A stretch of 64,000 bases of DNA from the human T2T-CHM13v2.0 reference genome, Homo sapiens, in assembly GCF_009914755.1 (NCBI RefSeq), contig NC_060934.1, one strand, 5' to 3'. Below, one piece after another: positions 58,394 through 64,000 of this stretch (its first letter is position 1; each line of letters starts with the position of its first letter). The position numbers and the translations under genes are program-made. Under the pieces are notes generated by a model, which was given only the letters and a program-made list of their open reading frames with translations, searched no databases and was not told the DNA's origin.

Positions 58394-60794
58394 TTATTGT
58401 TAGATAAATAATAAAATTAATGATGCTAGCAGAGAAAGAGCATTTTAAAAATAAAATCTTTTTGTAAGATCTTTCAATATTTTCTCTAATTGAAACACAA
58501 GCTGAGTCAGAAGTCTCATGAATAATAAGAAAAGCATATATAAAAAGCATAAGCAATAAAGAGGAGTAATTACACATCTGTATAGAAATATCAAAAATAT
58601 TTTAAAACACAGCTCTTGATCTGCTTATAGACTTAAAAAATCTAATTATCAGTATCATTAAGCTTAATATTACTGTGTCAAAATAATTTAACAACATTTT
58701 AGATGGAATAAAATATAATATCCTAAATTATATACCATAGTTTATATTTATGCATTTTATCTCCTTGGGTCCTGTAACCTTCAGGATAACCCTGTAAAGA
58801 TCAAACATTACAATACTGATTTATTGCAGGCCAAAAAGCTATACAGTTATAAAAACAAATCTGAGGCACCAAACTAAGTTTTCAGACTCAAACTCTGTAT
58901 TTGTTTGCCATAACACCATCTTAAAAGTAAACATTCTCAAGTTTCAAACCAAAAGAATGTTTTATGGTCAAATGGTGAAGACATTTAAAAGACCCTTCTG
59001 CCTAGGAAAAAAAGACTAAATAAATGATGCGAGTAGTATATCAGTGTTGTAAGAATGACAGGAAGTGGTAGTCAATGTAATTCCTTCCTCTAAATAATGC
59101 AATTCCAACTATGAGTCTTGAATTTTGGAAGAGAATCAAGGAATAATTATTCCTAATCTTATGAGATTGAAAAAATTTGTTATGTATTTAATATCATAAT
59201 TAGCAGGTGATTTTTTAAACAATTCCTTGGGAACTTTTGAACAGTCCCTTATAAGCTCTACATATTGATGCAGCAACTGTGTTCTTAATACAACAACACC
59301 ATAAAGGTCAAACGTCTTACTATAGAATATTGGAAAACAAAAATAGTTCAAGAAAAACACAATTACTCATAGTCCCATGATCTACAGACAGTCATAATCA
59401 CTTCTAACATCTTGGTATATTTAAGTCTAATATTTTTTTGGAGGGGTGACATTAAATATTTTATATACTTGAGTATACTGCATATATAAAGTGCTTATGT
59501 TGAAAAATACAGAAAACACAAAAAAATGCAAAAGAAAAAATTAAAATGGACCTAAATTTCATTATCAAAATATAATCAATGCCATGCTTGTGTACTTTTT
59601 TCAGTCTATTTTATGCCCTTTTGAGACATTTAATTTTAATATTCAGAGTGACCATGCTGATTTTAAATCCCGTTAACACACTGTTCATTGCTTAAAAATA
59701 GAAGTGCCTGGTATCACATATGAATTCCATCACATATGTAACTCATAAACTAATTCATATCACACATGTGGCAATTAGAATGCTTTTTTGCTTTTTTTAA
59801 ACAGATATGCTTTTATAGATTAAAAATGTACTTTTTATAGCAATTTTCCAAGCTCATTGTTACACGTTAAAAGAAAATAAAAATTTAGCCATTTTTATGA
59901 TTACTAGAAATAGAATAGTGAAACTTCTTGTTTGAATTGTTTATTAGATAAAGGAAGAGATTCTAAATGATGCATAGATCAAGAATTGCTTCACAGGAAC
60001 TATATTATTAGAACAAGGAAGAATCAGATCCAGAAGAGGATCATTAATTTAAGGGAAGAATATACCCCTACAATGTGGAGTTCAGTTGACAGATCAAAAT
60101 TCTATTGGATTCCTGGATTTCATATCCAAACTCTCTAAAGTAAGATTTGTTAGTCTTTTTACACTGCAAGAGCCCTATTACTTAGATACTTATTTTCACT
60201 TATCAATGTGATGTCATAAACAATTTTTTACTAGAAGGATGGATCACTTTTGAACCCACACCTGATCTAGACTATCTTTCTTTACTTTGTGTACTTAAAA
60301 CAACTTGTCTGGGTAAAAATTCTTGAGTCATAACATTATCCCTTACAAAACAGCAAAATTGCTTCCATTGCCTTTTGTCATTTTATCATGCAAATGAGAT
60401 ACGCAGGGCTTACCTAATTTTTGTTCCTTTATGAGTAAGATATTTTTATTTCTGTTTCAGTGATTTTTAAACATATTCAGATACTATTCAAAGAAACATG
60501 GCTACCTTTTCATTGATTTTTGCCTATAATATAATAAACTCTTGAATTCTTTTTTCGATTTTTTGCTTCTGTTATAAATACTACAATTTTAACCTCAGAA
60601 ATAATTGTCATTATCAGGTTGTATTTTAATCGTCCTATAAATATATTTTGATCTCTTTTATTATTTATATGTTTTTTCCTTTTTCTTAATATTGCATAAA
60701 TTTTCAATGGATACACTTCATGTTGTCAATTTAATTTTCACATGCCTTCTCATTTCAGGAAAGGTTGAATCCAGGTGCTCAATTGATTTTAGGA

Positions 60795-60995
60795 GATAAA
60801 ATTTAATTTATAAATTAGGCACAGTAAGATATTAACAACAATAACTAATAACAAAATAGAACAATTATAGAACTATAGTGTAATAAAAGTTATGCAAATG
60901 TGGTTTCTCTCTGTCTCTGTCAATATCTTATTGTATTGTACCATTGGTAACTGAAACTGAAGAAAGCAAAACCACAGAAGAGGGTTGACTGCTAT
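60795..60995 (-). mobile_element. MER44-like (Tigger) DNA transposon fragment
   Basis: aaattaggcacagtaagatattaacaacaataactaataac ... ggtaactgaaac. Confidence 0.72.
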
Positions 60996-62495
60996 ACTCC
61001 AGTTGGACTGAGGGGAAGGCACTTTAGATTAAAGACTACCACCGTGTAGGAAAGGGACAATTCTCACGAGAGAAAGTGGAATTCTTTTACCAGAAACAGG
61101 AGAAGGACTCAAGCCATGTAAAACACACACACCATTTCACCAACCCATACCATTCTGTTTTCTACTAAAAATGTTAAACTGTTTTCCAATGGTTTCTGTA
61201 GGAGAAAATTTCCAGAGTTATATATTCTCCCTCTGGGTCATCAGGTTATTATCTCCTGATTTTCCATATTTATTTTGTTTGTTTTTTAGTATTTATTGCT
61301 GATCCCGTTTTTCCACTGCTTACTTATCCTAAAAAAGAGATAGATCTGCCCAAATCCAGCATCAACACAGAAATGTGTTTTTTTTTTTTTTCTCGTCATT
61401 TTCATCTACAGTGTACTCAGTTACTATATGCAAACCTTTTGTAATTCTAAGGGAAGGGTATACATGTCCCTTCCCAGGATGTAGCCAACATGAATTGATT
61501 ACTGCTATGTTATCCTGAAATGAGATAAGTTGCTAAACCAATGTCATGTCTTATTATTTTCTCAAGCACATGCAAACATGTATTTCTGCCTCCATTGATG
61601 GATATGGGGCCTAATGTTGTGTTATTCAGCATATAATTAATAAATACATAATCAACAATCTACCCTGCATCTCACCTTCGTGACTGATTACCTTGATGAT
61701 GATGATTTTGATACTGCAATGTACATATGAATGTAGAAATAAGTAAAGGGTGAGCAGGAGATTGTACTCTAGATAGTAGAGGGACAACTGTCTATTTCCT
61801 TTGTAGGTACACAATTTAGGCGTACAGAGTGGGCAGTGGTTAACATATCTACCTACATTCATTACACTGTATAAGATTGTTCTGCTTAATCAAGCAAATC
61901 ATGGTTAGGTCATCAACTATTTTCTTTTCACAGTTTCATAACTGTTTAACTAGATTCTAATAATTAGTATTCCATTGATTTGGATTTTCAGTATTTTGAA
62001 TTTATATGTATAGTTTTTTACTTAGAACATTGAAAGATGCTTTATCAGAGCCTGTTAATCAGATACCGTTTAAGGTCTAAGTGTGTTTTTAAACATTGTG
62101 GTTTAAAGGCAGTGTATAAAGTCTTTTTCTGCCTTCTCCATCTTTCTCTTACTATTTGGACATACTGTTTTTAAATAGGCTGGATATAAGACAGATAAAC
62201 AAGCTAAAATGTATTTGCTTATTTTTAAATTTTAATTAAACTATATTTTAAAGTAGTGTGTTCTGTTTTGTGTAGAATGCAGAAAGCCACAAGAGAATAT
62301 GGCTATTAACAGCAACAACAAAATGACAAAAAAGTGCCAGGTTATACTAAAGTCATAAATTTCCTTGAGCTGAAGTCACAATGTGAGCAAAAAAAAAACA
62401 AATTCCATTGAGTGACAATTAGGATAATTTCATGGTGAGATGTGACCATACATTGTTTCACCTTTGGCAGAAAAGGTTAAAAGTGGCTGCCATAG

Positions 62496-62636
62496 GCTGG
62501 GCACGGTGGCTTATGCCTGTAATCTCAACACATTGGGAGGCTGAGGTGGGATGATTACTTGAGCTCAGGAGTTTGACAGCAGCCTGGGCAATAAAGTGAG
62601 ACCATGTCTCTACAAAAAACAAAACAAAACAAAACA
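62496..62636 (+). mobile_element. FLAM-like Alu left monomer
   Basis: Single left arm with (CAAAA)n tail. Confidence 0.8.
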
Positions 62637-62679
62637 GCTAAAATTGTAATAAATAAGGTTAGAATTATAGACACCCACA

Positions 62680-64000
62680 AACACAAGGGGAGTCTCCCCT
62701 CATTTGAAAACTTCTTTGCGTAGATTTCTGTAAGATAGATTGGGGGACAAGGCAGGACACAAGAGAATATTCCTTCATGGTGTAAGAATAGGAACAAATC
62801 AGCAAGGCTGGTGCACAGGCAGCAACCCTTGTGCAATTCCCCAGACCTTTATCTCAGATGAAACAAGGGCCGTAAGTATTAGAGGGAGGAGGAGGAAGTG
62901 TGCCCATCCCTGGTGCTCAGGCAAAGGTCTACTGCTTCTGGAAAAGAGGTATAAGCAAAAATCCCCTACCCCTGGGGGAGGAGCAGGAAGTCCTCTCAGG
63001 TGTAAGATCTTGCACCAATACAAAGTAGAGGTCTACTATGGATTGAGAAGGGGCAGAAAATTCTCTTGCACCCAAGACCCCCTGTAAATGTGAAGCAGAG
63101 GATGGCTGCCATGATGCCATAAGAAAGAGGGGGAAAAAATCTTGAGAAAGCCCATACCAAGGCTTACACATGCAGGCTGTACAAGGAGAACAGAGGAACC
63201 CCTATTCCATGACCCACCTCTTCCTTATAAGAGTGGAACCCAGCAGCAAGGAGGAGCAGTCTAACACTGTGGGACAGATCAGAGTGTGGGCAGAAACCTC
63301 TTCTGTGGCACAAGCATATAGAGAGCACTGAGAGCTGAGGACTGAGTAAGAAGACTGAGAAAACCCTACAGCACCAGGCCTCTATTCTAAGACTGAGTTG
63401 ACACCATTCCACCAATAAAAGAATTTTTGAAGCTTTTGGCACAGTGGAAGTAATAATTGCAACAGCAAAATCCAAATAATTCCTGAATAGCTTTACTTAA
63501 CAGAGTAAATGTCTGTAATGTCCATTTACAGGCATAAACTCTATTTACCTCACTTCTTACTGTTCTTCCACACCATGTCTGGCATTCAATCAAGTAGGAC
63601 GCAAAAAGCCTACAAAATATAAAACAACCATTTTCAAGAAATGAAGTAACAGAGCCAGATAGAGATAACCCAGATATTGGAACTGTCAGACAGGAACTCT
63701 GATTCAACTCTGATTAATACATTGCAAAATAGCAGAAAGCACAAACATGCCTGAAGCGATGGAGAAATTCAGTAGAGTGGTGGAAATAAGAAATAATCTA
63801 ATAGAAATGCTAGAAATATCTTTCTAAAAAGATAAAAAGATGAAGAATTTCTTCAGTGAGTTCATCAATAGGCTAACACAGATGAATCAGTGAATTCAAA
63901 AATAGGGCAGTAAATATTATTCACACTAAAATACAAAGAAAAAACTGTGTGTCTATGTGGGCGGGGGAGGGGAGCAGAGTCAGAACGGAACAAAATTATG
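62680..64000 (+). mobile_element. Old L1M 5'/ORF1 region remnant
   Basis: cccagatattggaactgtcagacagg, atagaaatgctagaaat and aatcagtgaattcaaaaatagg resemble ancient L1 ORF1. Confidence 0.55.

Noticed and set aside
60408-60425. AG|GTAAG recursive-splice-like motif
   Set aside because: Upstream sequence on the transcript is A-rich with no pyrimidine tract.

Overview
AT-rich human-type genomic DNA containing the 3' end of PCDH15 (protocadherin-15, the Usher 1F/DFNB23 tip-link cadherin) on the minus strand (about 29650-58391), plus about 29 kb of repeat-rich downstream sequence. Reading splice sites by hand gives this exon order: 219-nt transmembrane exon, 9-nt microexon, 156-nt polyproline exon, 6-nt microexon, CD1 terminal exon (ends STSL), a cassette series of 66, 19, 39, 71 and 109 nt that joins in frame, then the CD2 (ends NTAL) and CD3 (ends MTKL) terminal exons. 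Most small exons are missing from the ORF track. Downstream lie a dead L1PA2/PA3-type LINE-1 whose 5' UTR lacks exactly a known internal L1 intron (a spliced, retrotransposed 'SpIRE'), a degraded ERVL pol relic, MaLR LTRs and many Alu, MIR and DNA-transposon fragments. I cannot claim a wholly new biological system. The best leads are the phase-coupled, dual-frame cassette array behind the cytoplasmic tail, a candidate 13-nt microexon ending exactly on an in-frame stop, and an Alu triad that could loop out the 39-nt exon. Repeat subfamily names and comparisons with reference proteins are from memory, not from searches.
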